Shown here: positions 12,159-24,545 of the stretch, in pieces
How the letters are laid out: the number at the start of each line of letters is the position of its first letter
How positions within the stretch are numbered: position 1 is the stretch's first letter
From: Rebecca billardiae RCC1528
Lineage: Eukaryota; Protista; Haptophyta
DNA length: 64,000 nt
Assembly: GCA_965240325.2 (NCBI GenBank)
Contig: OZ251246.1
Location: 868,001-932,000 of the forward strand
Reading direction: 5' to 3'
Notes under the pieces: model-generated
Databases searched by the model: none
The model's input: the letters and a program-made list of their open reading frames with translations, nothing else
What the model was told of the DNA's origin: nothing
Position numbers and translations under genes: made by a program

Positions 12159-14302
12159 GTCGCGGCGCGCGCGCAGCCCTGGCAGTGCCACTCGCCTGGC
12201 GGAAGCAACTTCGGGTCGAGGCCGAGGCACTCGGTGTGGTACCCGCCGTCGCACGCGTCGCACAGCAGCATCGTGAGCCGCTCGCACTCGCGCGAGCCTG
12301 CGCGCGAGCACGCACGCGCGCGCGCGCGCGGGTGCACGCGCGGCGCCGCGGGGGCGCGCGCGCGCGGCGGGCGGCACCGTGCGCGGTGTGAGCGCGCCGA
12401 CGCGGTGCGAGGCGCGAGGCGCGCTCGGCGGCGGTGGGCGGCTCGGGCGGCACAGCCGGGGTTCGGGTTTTCCCCGCCGCAGTGCGCCCCTGCGCCTGCC
12501 ACCTCGGGAGGGTGGGTCGCGGGGGCAGCCGCAGCGCCCCTGCACCCGACACACGCACACGCACACGCGCGCGCACCGCACAGCGTGCACGCGATCGCGT
12601 CCACGTCCTCGTCGATCGGGTCGCCGTCCGCGTCGAGGCGCACGCGGAGTTGCGCCTCGTGCACGCCGCCGCGCCGCCGCTTCCGCGCGCCGCCGCCGCC
12701 GCCGCGCGCGCCGCGCCCGCGCCCGCCGCCCGCGCCGCCGCCCCTCCGCGGGTTCCATTCCGCGTCGCTGCCGGACGACTCGTCGTCGTCGGCCGCGCGC
12801 AGCGCGCGCGCGAGCTGCGCGGCGTGTGAGGCCCCGAGCGCGTTGGTCGGCAGCAGCGCGTCCGCGGGCTGCCAGTGCCCAGCGCGCGCCTGCGCGCGCG
12901 GCAGCGGCGCGGCAGGCGGACGGTTCGCGCGCCGGCGCGCGGTCAGCGTGCGCGGCGCGGCGCGGCGCGCGGCTGGGCGGACGCGCGCGCGCGCCGCGCC
13001 GAGCGCGCGGACGCGCGCACACGCGCGCCGCGCCGAGCGCGCCGCGCCGCGCGCGCCGCGCCGCGCGCGCGCCTGCATCGAAATCTCGACACAGTCGATC
13101 AGCTCGGAGTGGCGGCACGTGCCCAGCTCGCCCAGCGGCAGGAGCGCGCAGCCCGCGCGCGCCGCCGCATCCGCGCACGCGCGCGAGCGCGAGGCGCGCG
13201 CGGATGCGCGGCTCGGCGGCGGCGGCGCGCTCGGCGGCGGCGGCGCCGCGGGCGTCAGATCGATAGTGCAGAGCTCGGGCGGCGGCGGTGGGCCCCAGAG
13301 CGCGTGCGCGGCGCTCGCGCACGCGCCGAGCTCGCGCCACGGGACCGGCCCGTCGCAGTGCGCCGAGGCCGCGCCCGCACCGCCCGCCGCATCCCCGCGC
13401 GGCGCGCGTGTCGCCACCGCCGCCGCCGCCGCGCCGCCCGCGGCCGCCGCCGCGCTGCCGCGCGCGGCCGCTGCCGCCGCTGCCGCCGCTGCCGCCGCGC
13501 CGCCGCCCGCCGCCGCCGTGGGAGGGACGGCTCTGGACGCCTGCCACGAGCCTCGGATGATCGACTTGTGCAGCTCGAACGCGCAGAGCGACGCGAGCGA
13601 CGGCCGCGGCGAAGGCGGCGGCGGCGGCGCTGCGGCGGGTGCCTCTGCGCGCGCCTCCGCCGCCTCCGCCGCCGCGGGCGCCGCCTCCGCCGCCGCGCTG
13701 CCGCCTGGCCGCGCGCGCGCGGCGGCTTCTTGCCTGGGCCCGGCAAGCTCTCGGCCTGCGAGCGCGAGGAAGCGGTCGAAGAGCATCTCCTCCGCGCCGT
13801 GGGGCACCTGCCGCGCGTGCGCGCACACCGCCTGCGCGAACGCCGCGAAGTTGCCGCCGTGCGGGCCGGCAGCTCGGATCGCTCGGCGCGCGCGCTCGCC
13901 CACGCACGCGACGAGCCCGGCGTCTGTGTGAGCGTGCAGGGGCACGGCGGTGGGCGCGGGCCCGGCGCGGCCGGCGCGCCCGCCGGCCGCGCGGCCGCGC
14001 CTCGCCGCCCTGCCGCCCTTCCCCCGTCCCCCGCCGCCCGCCAGCGCGCTCTCCAGCGCCGTGCCGCGCGTGAGCGACCGCAGCGCTTCGGCCGGCAGCG
14101 GCAGCGGCGCGGCCGCCAGGCAGTCCGCCGCGCGATCGTCCGCGAGCCAATAGGTGAGGCCGAGCTCGGGGACGGCGGCGGGGTGTGCGTGCGGGGGCGC
14201 GCGCGCGCGCGGCGTGGGCTCGGCGCCGCCGCCGACGACGACACCGCCGCCGCCCTCCGCTGCAGGCGCGTGCCCGCCCTCGCCGTCCGCGCGCGCGCCC
14301 GC

Positions 14303-14378
<76 letters not shown>

Positions 14379-17278
14379 ACGCCGTCGTCCCAGCCGCGGC
14401 CTCCGCCTTGCCAGCCGAGCCGGCGCGCGAGCGCGCGCACCTCCGCGTCCTGCAGCGGCTGGTCGTCGTGCGCGTCGATCGCCACCACCAGCCTCCGCGC
14501 GTTCTCCCACGCGAGGACCGAGTCGAGCCGGTGCGCCGCCACAAGCCACGCGGCGCGCGCCGTATCTGCGCGCGGCCGGCCAACAATGCTGTGCTGGAGG
14601 ACGCGCGCGCGCCCGCGCGCCGCGGCGTGCAGCGCGCCGAGCAGCGAGGCGCGCGCGCCGGTGGGCGCGTCGACGTGCACGACGAACTCGCAGCCCGGGA
14701 ACGCCGCCTGCTTCGAGCGCACCAGCTCGAGCAGACACGACGCATACCAATCGAACGAAGTCTCGAAAGGGCCGCGGTCGGAACTGCATGCCGCGCCGAC
14801 AGGCACACGCGCGGACGCGGCGGGGGCGCCGCCGCCGCCGCCGCCGCGGCTCGCGCCCGCGCTCGCGTCGAAGAGCGAGAGCGCGAAGAGCGCCGGGTTG
14901 TACGCACGCAGCGCGGCGCACAGCCGCGCGCTCCCCAGCACGCGCGCCGCCTCGCTGCCACGGAGCGCGAGCGCGCTCGGCGGCGGCAGCGCGCCCGCCG
15001 CCTCCGCGCGCGCAAGGGCGGCGCCGAGCGCGAGCCGGAGGCCGCTCAGGGCGTCCAGCCCGGCCTGGCGGACGCACAGCGCGGCGAGGGAGGCGAGGGC
15101 GAGGGCGAGCGCGGGCGGGCAGCGCGCCTCGACACCGCCCGCTCGGCGCGCGCCGCCGCAGCCGCCGCCGCCCTCGGCGCCCTCGCCGCCCGGCTCGCCA
15201 CCGCCACACGCGCCGGGCGCTGGCGCGCGGCCAGGCGGTGGCGCAGCGGCGGGGGGCCCCGCTGCGCGCCGCGCGGGCCCAGGGCGCGCCTCCGCCTCCG
15301 CCTCGTCCTCCTCCTCCAGCGCGAGCAGGACGACGGCGCGCCCCGCGCCGCGGGCGGCCTGCGCGGCCGCGCCCGCGCGCGCCAAGGCAGTGTACAACTG
15401 CTGTGTGTGCGCCGTGGGCGCTCCGGCGCGAGGACCGGCGCGGCGCGCGGGCGCGCGCCCCGCGCCCCGGAACCAGCGCGCCGGCACGGCCAGGGGCGGC
15501 CCGAGCTCGCCGCCGGCGGCGCGGACCGCGCGCTCCAGCGACGCAGCGTGCGGCGGGGCCGCGCGCCCGCCCTCATGCGCCGGTGCGCGCGGCCATGGCG
15601 ACTCCGGCGGCGCGGCGGACGGCGCGCACGCCCGCGGAGGCGCCGCGCCGCGCTCGGCGGCGACGACATAGCATGGGATGACGACGACAGCGCTGGCGGC
15701 AGCGGCCGGCGCCGCCGCCGCGGTCGCTGGCGCGCCGGTCGCGACTGCCGCCGCCGCGCCCGCCGCGGCGGGCGCCTCGGCGGGTGCCACGGAGCTGACA
15801 GCGCACCGCCGCTCGGCCGCGGCCGCGGCGCCCGCCTCGGCCGCGCGCGCGAGCAGTGCGCGCAGTTGCGCCGCCAGGCCAGCTTCGGCCTCATCCGCCT
15901 CCGCCTCCGCCTCCGCCTCCGCCTCCGCCTCCGCCTCCGCCTCCGCCTCCGCCTCCGCCTCCGCCTCCGCCTCCGCCTCCGCCTCCGCCTCCGCCTCCGC
16001 CCCCGTCCCGCCGCCAGCCTCGCCATCGCTGCCACGCGCCGCCGCGGCTGCGGGCTGCGACGCCGGCGGCGCGGGCAGGGCGGCGTCGCGCAAGGCGCGC
16101 GGGGAGAGTCGCAGAGTGAACACCGACCCCAGCTCTGCCGCCCAGCTGTGCGCACAGAGCGCAACGGGCGCGGGCTGCTGTGCGCCTGCGCCGCACCCGC
16201 TGAGTGCGGCGCCGAGCGCGTGCGCGTATGCGCCGGGAGAGCCATCGGCGCTGCCGCCGCACGCCGCGGCGCCCTCGCCCTCCGCCCGTGTGCGTGTGCC
16301 GCCCGCCCAACCCGCCGCCTCCGCCTCCGCCTCCTCCTCGTCCTCACTGCTGCACGGATCCCGCAGCAGCTGGTGAGCGCCGGCACTCGGGGAGGCGGGC
16401 GGCGGCGGCGGCGGCGGTGTGGCGGGCGCCGCGCCGTTCGGCAGCCCGCCGCCGAGCGCGCGCGCGAGCACCGGGCGGCTGCCAGCCCGCGCGCCCGGCG
16501 CGCCGGCCGTCACCTCGCTCGCGCCCGGCCTGCCGGCGCGCGCCGCCGCCGAGGGCGCGCCTGCTGGGCCGGCGCTCGAGGCCCGCTGCTGCTCGGCTGC
16601 TGACGGTCGGACTGGGCTTGGCTCAGAGCAGCCGCGCTCGCTGGCGTAGCCGCCGGTGGGCGCGGCGGAGGTCGGCGCCACCGCCGGGCGCGGGAACATG
16701 GCGGGCGCGAGCGGCTGCGCACACGACGGCGGGATAGCGTCTGCGGGCGGCGCGGCGGCGGCGGCAGGGGCGGCGGCGGCGGCGACGACGGCGGCGGCCG
16801 CTGGATCGGCCGCGGCAGCTGCCCCGGGCGCCATGCCCGCCTGGCCGGGCTCGGAGGCGCCGTCCGCGCTGTCGAGCTCGGGCGGCGAGCAGCTTGCGCG
16901 CACATCGCCCGCGGTGGTCGCGCCCGGCCGCGCGCTCCCCGTGGCTGGGCGCTTGCCAGCGCGCGGCGAGCGCGGCGTGCGCTTGGCCGGCGTGCGCTTG
17001 CGCGCCGGCTTGGCCGTCCCAGCCGGCGGCTGATCGGCGACGGCGAGAGCTCCTGCGGCGCCCTCGCACGCGCCCGCCATCGCTGTGCCCTCGTCCGCAG
17101 CCGAGTCCGGCGCGCGCGGCGTACACCCGCCGCCTTCGGCTTGGTCGGCGCGGTGGCGCGCGTGGAGGACGACCGTTGGCCGCGCGGCGGCGAAGGACGC
17201 GACGGCCTGCGGGTGCGCGGCTGCGGCGTTCACCGCCACCGCCACGGCGAGCAGCTCACGCCGCTGCTCGGTCTCCAT
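10805..17278 (-). CDS. Large Ala/Pro-rich protein with PHD finger, putative GT-A-like domain and C4 Zn ribbon
   Basis: Removing intron 12576-12298 (GT-AG) yields the PHD finger CTLCGSRECERLTMLLCDACDGGYHTECLGLDPKLLPPGEWHCQGC. There is a probable GC-AG intron at 13072-12890, CPFC..CARC near the C-terminus, and polyQ, polyG and (AE)n tracts. Confidence 0.7.
15895..16000. repeat. (GCCTCC)n coding hexamer repeat encoding (AE)n
   Basis: Tandem GCCTCC units inside the PHD-protein ORF. Confidence 0.9.
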
Positions 17279-17530
17279 CTCCTGCCGGGAGGCGAGGCTC
17301 CTGCCGGCAGGCTGCGCGGTCGATCGGCCGCGCTGCGCACACGCAAGTGAAAGTGCTGCAGCCGAGACAAGCGGACCCGCATTTTCATTTTCATTTCGAT
17401 CGTTCGTGCGAGTGCAAGTCCGGAAGCCTCGCGGCGGCGGCTTTCGTCAAGTGCACCGAACACGCGGCGGGCGCGCGGCGGCCGGCCGCTCACTCGGTCG
17501 GATTCTTGGGCGCGCATCACGTGGCCGTCA

Positions 17531-18650
17531 ATGGCCGCCGACGCGCCGGCGGCGCCGAATCAGATGGCGAGCGACGCGGCGAGCACGGGGCTCGTGGGCA
17601 GGATGCCCCGGCGCAGGTCGTCCATCAAGCGCCCGATGACGCCGGAGCAGCAGGCGATCAACATCGGCCTCGCGGGCATCGGCGGCGTGATCGCACAGTT
17701 TGCGACGCACCCGTTTGAAACGACGATGGTGCGGCAGCAGCTCGCGGGCTCGCTGGCGGAGGGCGGCAATATGCTCTCGATGAGCCGGCGGATCGTGGAC
17801 GCCGAGGGCATCACCGCCCTCTGGCGCGGGTACAGCGCCGCCGCGATCCGCGAGATCTTCTACTCCTCCCTCCGCTTCGGGCTGTATGAGCCGATCAAGA
17901 CGGTGCTGCAGGCCGACCCGAGGCACTACGGCGGCGACGCGACGAAGGTGCCGTTCTGGAAGAAGATGCTCGCGGGCTGTGCGGCGGGGAGCATCGGCTC
18001 GGCCATCGCCTCGCCCACCGACCTGCTCAAGACGCGCATGCAGCGCGAGACCACCCTCCCGCCGCGCTCGATCGGCTGCCACCTGCGCGAGATCTGCAAG
18101 GAGCCGCCCGGCCTGCCGTTCAACCTGTACCTGGGCGCGGGCGCGACGATCACGCGCGCGGCGATCCTGGGCGGGACGAAGATGGCCGTGTACGACACGT
18201 GCAAGGTGTTCATGAAGTACACCGTCGGCCTCTCCGAGCGCCGCTCGTGGGCGGAGAAGGTGCTGGGCGTGCAGCTCGGAGCGTCCGTCTTCACTGGGCT
18301 CGCGGTCACAGCCACCACCTCGCCCTTCACGAACGCGCGCACGCACATCATGAGCCTGCCGCGGGGCACACACACGAGCATGGCGGCGTGCATGCTCGAC
18401 ATCGTGCGCACCAAGGGCCCGCTCGGTGCGTGCCGCCGGCGCCCAACACGTCCAGGCGCGCGCGCGCGTGCCGTCGGCCGCGCGGCTCACCGCGCCGCCC
18501 CGCTCCCCTCATGCCCCGGCGCGCCGCTCGGTCGCACCAGGGCTGTACGCCGGCTTCGGCGCGCAGTGGGCCCGCTTCGGCCCGTACGCGATCATCCAGT
18601 TCATCGCGTGGGAGAAGCTGCGAGAGCTCTGCGGCATCCAGCCCATCTGA
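17531..18650 (+). CDS. Mitochondrial carrier (SLC25), UCP/dicarboxylate/2-oxoglutarate carrier group
   Basis: Three Px[DE]xx[KR]-type motifs (HPFETTMVR, SPTDLLKTR, SPFTNART) and YSSLRFGLYEPIK. Intron 18426-18540 joins GLYAGFGAQWARFGPYAIIQFIAWEKL. Confidence 0.92.
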
Positions 18651-18802
18651 TTGCACGCGTGTAGGACAACATCATATACATATCAGAGACGCCCGCGCTG
18701 CGATTGCGCTGCGGAGTGCGGATGATCCGCGACTGCTGACATACAATTATGATCACGACCGAGCGACCGATATTCACCGCGCGCCGCGGGCGCGAGCGAC
18801 CC

Positions 18803-19016
<214 letters not shown>

Positions 19017-20731
19017 GGGGGGCCAAACCGCCCATTTGAAAAAGAAAATCAAAGCCGCGGCGCATTTTCGCTCCACCCTCGGCCTTTTGGGGTGGCGCGG
19101 AGCCTTTTTCTCGGACCTCGCTCAAAAATCGAGCTCCGACGCCTTCGGGCGCTCAGAGCTCGGTTTCGCTCGAGCACGAGCGGCCGGAGGCAGTGGACCG
19201 CCGCGCGCTCGCGTCCCATGAGACGCCGAGATGGTCTCGGGCGCGCGCGCGCGTGACGCTGGTGGGCGCTTCTGACCCTTGTTTTTGCGCCACCAGCGGC
19301 TCACCACCCGGTTCTTGGCCACCTCGCGCCGTGCGCGGCGCGCGTCGGCCGGCTTGCATTGTCGCGCTGCGTACGCCCGTCACGCTACCGCTCCTTGTGG
19401 CTCAAGATCAACTCGCCCCGGCGAGATCGATACTCGCCCCAAGTGTTCATGTGTATCCGTGGATGCCCAGCTCGCCTAACCTGCCCTGCTGGGCCGGAAT
19501 CGCCGTCAGCAGACCGGCGCGGGCTCGCGCACAACACCTCCACGGAGCCCGCAACTGTCATGTTCCGCTCGTAGGGCCCGTGTTTGCACCTGCCGTGGCA
19601 CTTGCGATGGTCAGCACGTTGGGTATGGGTCACACGTGCCCCCAGATGGCGTCGGGGCGCCTCCCATTCGCCTCTCAGGACGTCGCGGACGTGCTCGCAG
19701 GCAGCGGATGGCTCATTCGACAGGTCCGACGTGCACTCGACCGTGCCTGCAAGCGCGCCCCTGCGACGCGCATGCCTGCAGAAGCAGATGCAGATGGGCC
19801 CCCATGCACCCTGGTGCGCCCAAGACCGGCGGGAGCGTCAGAGACCGTCGCAATCTTGACACCTTGCACACGCCGGCGCTTGCCGTTGGGCCCCGCGCAG
19901 CCAGCCAGGAGCACCAAACAGCGCCGGATCAGCCTCTGTAGGCCGAATATCCGCCCCAAAGCCCAGAAATAGCGCGGCACAGGGTAGGGCGTACCTATAT
20001 GAATCGATCCTATGCAGCCTGGTTTGGTGCAGAGACGCCAGCCACCACCTGGAGCAGGCGTTTGCTGCCGAATCGCATGCTCGGCACTGTGCCGCACTGC
20101 GACGACGACAGATTTGACCTGCCTCGTAGGTCTCGGCCAGGGAGCGGTGACGGTTGGCTCGAGTGACTTTAAACCTTGACTATGACCGAGAGTACTCCCG
20201 GGCTGAGGACATGGGGCCGGTGCTTTGAGTCCATCATGTCTGCAATACGCCGTACGCATGGCCGTATACACAGTCTGAAAACGTATCTCGCAGCTCGAGA
20301 TCCGACGAGACTGTATTCATCAGCATGGCGGCTATATACACGGTGGGTATGTAACGACCAGTGGCTTCCGGGAAACTACGTGTTTGACAGCCTGCCAGTA
20401 CACAGCCTATATCGCATGTTCGGGGACCTGCTGCTGCTGGGGACTCAGAACAATCTCGCTGAGATGCTCTATCAAAGTGAGGTCGACATGGTCTATATGT
20501 CACATATAAGACGGCCGTTACATGCCGTTTCCAATAAGTTCAGGCTCATTCTAATAGGTAAATATGCTAGCCGTTACGCCCTATATTCAGGGTATGTGCA
20601 CCTGATATTTTTACTTGGCTGGCCCAGACCCCTCCAGAGGGCAAATGATCCAGCCCGAAATCAGCGCTAAACACTCGCTAGGACCAGCGCTCGTAGCCGT
20701 CAGTCACGTCACAGTGCCACTTTGGCCCCCC
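19017..20731. mobile_element. Non-autonomous DNA transposon, 11-bp TIR GGGGGGCCAAA, TA flanks
   Basis: TA|GGGGGGCCAAA at 19017 and TTTGGCCCCCC|TA at 20721-20731. No recognisable transposase inside. Composition differs from the host genes. Confidence 0.7.
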
Positions 20732-20910
20732 TAATATATATCATCAGCAGTAGTAGTAGTCTGCGTATCCGTTACCGCCGATTTCCGGGACAACTGATGG
20801 TGCGCCAGGCACGCGCCATGTCACTGTCAGGTGCCAGGCGTGAGGCGGAGCCGTGAGGCGTGACGAACTATAAGTAGTATATTTATTGCAGCATCAGCAT
20901 GTATTTAAGC

Positions 20911-20918
<8 letters not shown>

Positions 20919-20991
<73 letters not shown>

Positions 20992-21008
20992 ATATATATA
21001 TATATATA
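20919..21008. repeat. (TG)n followed by (TA)n microsatellite
   Basis: Dinucleotide runs seen directly. Confidence 0.95.
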
Positions 21009-21304
21009 GTAGTACGCACGCCGTTAGTAGGCGATACTCATCATACCGGGAATACCGGGCGGACCGATCACCGAATTTGGCGGCGCGCGTGTATAGTCAG
21101 CATATTGATGATGATGCAGCAGCAGCGTAGTGACTGCCCGCCACTCCGATGCGGTAGTGACTCTGCGGTCTGCCGACTGCCGAGCGCGCCTGCGCTGCGG
21201 TCCAGTCGTTGCACTCAGCCATGCGGGCTCCACTCCGAGCCACAGGCGGCGTTTGCTCAGGATCGGCTGCATGCCGGCATTGATGCGGCCGATCGCCAAG
21301 CCGC

Positions 21305-22564
21305 TCAAAGTGGCGGCGAGAAGCACCCGGGCGGGGCATCGCCTCCAGAGCCAGTGCCCGTGCTGCCATCGTCCGTCGCGTGCACACGGCGGCGCATGTC
21401 GGCATCATGATGAGAGCGCTGTGGACCCAATAAATGTCGCCCGCCGCTGCGGCTCCCGCACACCGCCTGGTGCACGAGCGAGCGCGGGCGGAGCACGGTG
21501 GACTCGAACGCCTCGCGCCTCGCCGCCGAGCCGCACGGCGGCCTGTCCCGCCGCTCCCGCGCCGCGCCCGTCCGCTCGAACCCGCGCACGGACAGCGCGA
21601 TCCGGAAGTCTCCGGAGCGGTTGGGCCCTGCGCGGTGCACGACGTCGCCGCGGAGGATCACCAGGTCGCCCACGGCGAGCTTCGGCTCTTCGTACGCGGC
21701 GAAGGTGCTGGGCGGGTGCGTGCGCACGACCGCGTCGGACGCGGAGCACTCGCCGTGGCTGTGCACCTCCACGAACGCCCCCGTCTCCTCGCGCGCGCGG
21801 CGCGCCCAGTCGGGGTGTTCGCTCGCGCGCAGGAAGGCCCGGCTGGCGTTGCCGCGTAGCGACGCGCGTGCGTCCGCTGGCAGCGCCGAGAAGGGGAGGA
21901 GCTGCAGGTTGGCGTCCTCGGCGCGGGGCTTGAGCACGGGCATGTAGAAGCTGACGAAGTGCGCCGGCTCGTCGTCCGTGTCGTGCCACGCCCACGAGTC
22001 GTCCTGGTGCCAGTAATCGAATTTCGTGTACAGGGACGATTCGGCGGTGTCGTGCGGCCAGCGCGCGCGCGCGTGGGGGGGCACCTCGCCCGTGACGAAG
22101 TACATGGATACCTCCGGGAGGCAGCTTGGCGAGGAGGGCGTCGGCGTGCCCGCACGACGGGCGCGGGGCGCCGGATCGACGGGTGGGCAGGCGCCGCGCA
22201 GCGTGTCGGGCACGAGAGCGGTCTGGTTTGAGAGCGCGATGCGCCGCATGAGTGCGCGCAGCCCGCGCCGCGCGTCACGGACGGCATCGTTGTCGAGTGC
22301 GTGGAACGGCGTCTTGGGGAAGGCGAAGAAGGTCTCCATCCAGTTCGCGCTGACCGAATCACCCCACGCGGCCGCCCCCTGCGAGACAAAGTCGCGGACG
22401 ACGACGTACCCATCAGTGTCCAGTCGTCGCAGGTTCGGCGGCCGCCATCGTGCGTCGTTGATGGCAAAGCGCCACGGACGACGAGACGGGGCGTATGATG
22501 TGCTCGCGAGGCCAAGGATGATCGAGATCCCCAGCGCGCCAGCGCGCAGAGCGAGCGTGCGCAT
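21305..22564 (-). CDS. Phytanoyl-CoA dioxygenase (PhyH)-like 2OG-Fe(II) enzyme with N-terminal signal/anchor
   Basis: LDTDGYVVVRDF, YWHQD (HxD), GDLVILRGDVVHRAGPNRS..FRIAL and a hydrophobic N-terminus. Confidence 0.8.
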   Translation of the reverse strand: MRTLALRAGALGISIILGLASTSYAPSRRPWRFAINDARWRPPNLRRLDTDGYVVVRDFVSQGAAAWGDSVSANWMETFFAFPKTPFHALDNDAVRDARRGLRALMRRIALSNQTALVPDTLRGACPPVDPAPRARRAGTPTPSSPSCLPEVSMYFVTGEVPPHARARWPHDTAESSLYTKFDYWHQDDSWAWHDTDDEPAHFVSFYMPVLKPRAEDANLQLLPFSALPADARASLRGNASRAFLRASEHPDWARRAREETGAFVEVHSHGECSASDAVVRTHPPSTFAAYEEPKLAVGDLVILRGDVVHRAGPNRSGDFRIALSVRGFERTGAARERRDRPPCGSAARREAFESTVLRPRSLVHQAVCGSRSGGRHLLGPQRSHHDADMRRRVHATDDGSTGTGSGGDAPPGCFSPPL

Positions 22565-23345
22565 TGCTCAGCTGCCACCGCGGCACGTCGCCGCAGGGCG
22601 TGCGTCGAGCGATAAAAATAGTCGCTCCCCGCCGCCGGCTGTGGTGGCACACAACCGGAGGAGACTGACGACAGATTCTATTACGAACTATGATGACGGT
22701 AATGTCGTTCCAGTAGCAAGTACTGACATGCAGGCCAGCATGCGCGGCGGGGTGGGCATCAGTGCCGGCCCCGGCCCGCAAACGCAAACAGCCGGACGCC
22801 CCGGCCCACGCAGCTGATGCGCCAGCAAACCCTGCTCCGGGCAACAGAACCCTGCCGCCGGCTTTGAGGCCGACACGCCACACTGGGGCACATATCACCT
22901 GAGGGCCAGGCCTTCAGTGTGATAAGCTACCCCAGTCATGCCGCTTGATACACGCCTTCCCCAACCGACAGTGGGGCTCTACATTCCCTACTACATCCTC
23001 ATCCTGTCGGCGCGCTGTCGCATCGGCGCCCAGTCGGCGAGTTCGGACGACGACGTTTTGTGGACGACGGTGGGGCGAGGACGACGGGCGCTGGCGCGCC
23101 GCGAGGCGGCCGCAGCCCTCGTCCAGGCCTCGCAGGCGGACGGCTGAACGATTTTTTCCGGCGGCGCTACCATCGGCGACGGCTTCATGGGCGGTGACAG
23201 TTGGCGGGCGTCAATCTCGCCTGCCTGAGCTGTGTGCGTCTCTTATTCTTAGTAAACTGTATGACTTTCAAGATACGGATTCCCGAAGGACGACAAGGAA
23301 AGTGAAGGAACGAAGAAAAGTCAAAAGTGCATAACGAACGGGCCG

Positions 23346-24545
23346 ATGTTCGCTCTCGTTTGGCTCGCCGCGGGCGTGGTGCACGACCTCGCCGGCGCGG
23401 CCCCGGTGGTGCAGGGCCCCTCAGCCTCCCCCACAGGCGAGCACGACGCCGCCCCGGTCGTGACGCCCACCGATGCAGAGATCGAGTCCCTGGCGGAGGA
23501 GGTGGCGGAATTGGAAGCCCTTGATCGCAGGGCGCGCCACTGGCAGAGCTTCGCCGACGAGATGCGTTGCCCTAAGCGGCAGGGCGCGGCCCGGGCGGCG
23601 TGCGTGCAGAATGCGCGCATCGCCCTCCTACGCGAGCGTCGCGCGGAACATGCGGGCGTGGAGGAGCGGTACAGGCGCGAGCGAGCGCGCGCGGGCGCTG
23701 CGAGCTGCCTGCGCAACGGCACTGGCCCCTTGGGGGGCTTTTGCTTCAACGCAAAGACCAACATGTCGGTGGGCAACAACTTCTGCCTCTCCCAGCCCTA
23801 CGCAACGGGCCTCGGCAAGCTCTTTGGCGCCGGCGTGCGGGTGCTCGATCTCGGGTGCGGCGTGGGCAACTACGGCCGTTTTTTCGAAACGCACTTTGGC
23901 GCCAGGATCGCGTGGACGGGTCTGGACGGGAGCGAGCGCGTGGAGGAGCTCACACATGGGCGCGTGCGCTTCGCCGACCTGGCGGAAGGGCTGCCCATAG
24001 ACGTGCGCCGCGCGGCCTGGGACTGGGTCATGAGCATCGAGGTCGCCGAGCATGTGCCGCCGGCCCACGAGGCCAAGTTCGTGCACAACCTCGTGACCCT
24101 GCGGCCCTCGCGTGGGCTTGTGCTCACCTGGGCTCGCCTCGGCCAAGGGGGCAAGCACCACGTGAACTGCCAGCCCGAAAGTTACGTGCTCTGCGTCATG
24201 GCCAAGCTTGGCTATGCGGCCGACATGAACGCAACCGCTCGCCTCCGCCGCCTCGGACGCCTCTCTGTCGACGACAAGCCAGCGCCCTGCATGTGGCTCT
24301 CCTTCACCACTCTCGTCTTCCGCCCCGCAGGGCCCGCGAGCGCGTCGCAGAAGGACGCTGCCGCTGGCCTCGTTCCCGTGCCCCGGGCGGCCACGCCCGA
24401 CTGGGTCGCCGCCTACGACGCGCTGATGACACGCGAGTGCCCGCGCTATGATCCACGGTTCAGCTGCGCGAAGAAGCGCGAGTTGCCTGATGGGCAGAGA
24501 CGCTACCAGCTCCTCCGCGATGTCCAGGCTTATTTGCAACCTTGA
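23346..24545 (+). CDS. Secreted/membrane class I SAM-dependent methyltransferase
   Basis: VLDLGCGVG (motif I), GLDGS, DWVMSIEVAEHVP, WA..GQGG.HHVN and signal-like MFALVWLAAGVV. Confidence 0.85.
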   Translation: MFALVWLAAGVVHDLAGAAPVVQGPSASPTGEHDAAPVVTPTDAEIESLAEEVAELEALDRRARHWQSFADEMRCPKRQGAARAACVQNARIALLRERRAEHAGVEERYRRERARAGAASCLRNGTGPLGGFCFNAKTNMSVGNNFCLSQPYATGLGKLFGAGVRVLDLGCGVGNYGRFFETHFGARIAWTGLDGSERVEELTHGRVRFADLAEGLPIDVRRAAWDWVMSIEVAEHVPPAHEAKFVHNLVTLRPSRGLVLTWARLGQGGKHHVNCQPESYVLCVMAKLGYAADMNATARLRRLGRLSVDDKPAPCMWLSFTTLVFRPAGPASASQKDAAAGLVPVPRAATPDWVAAYDALMTRECPRYDPRFSCAKKRELPDGQRRYQLLRDVQAYLQP

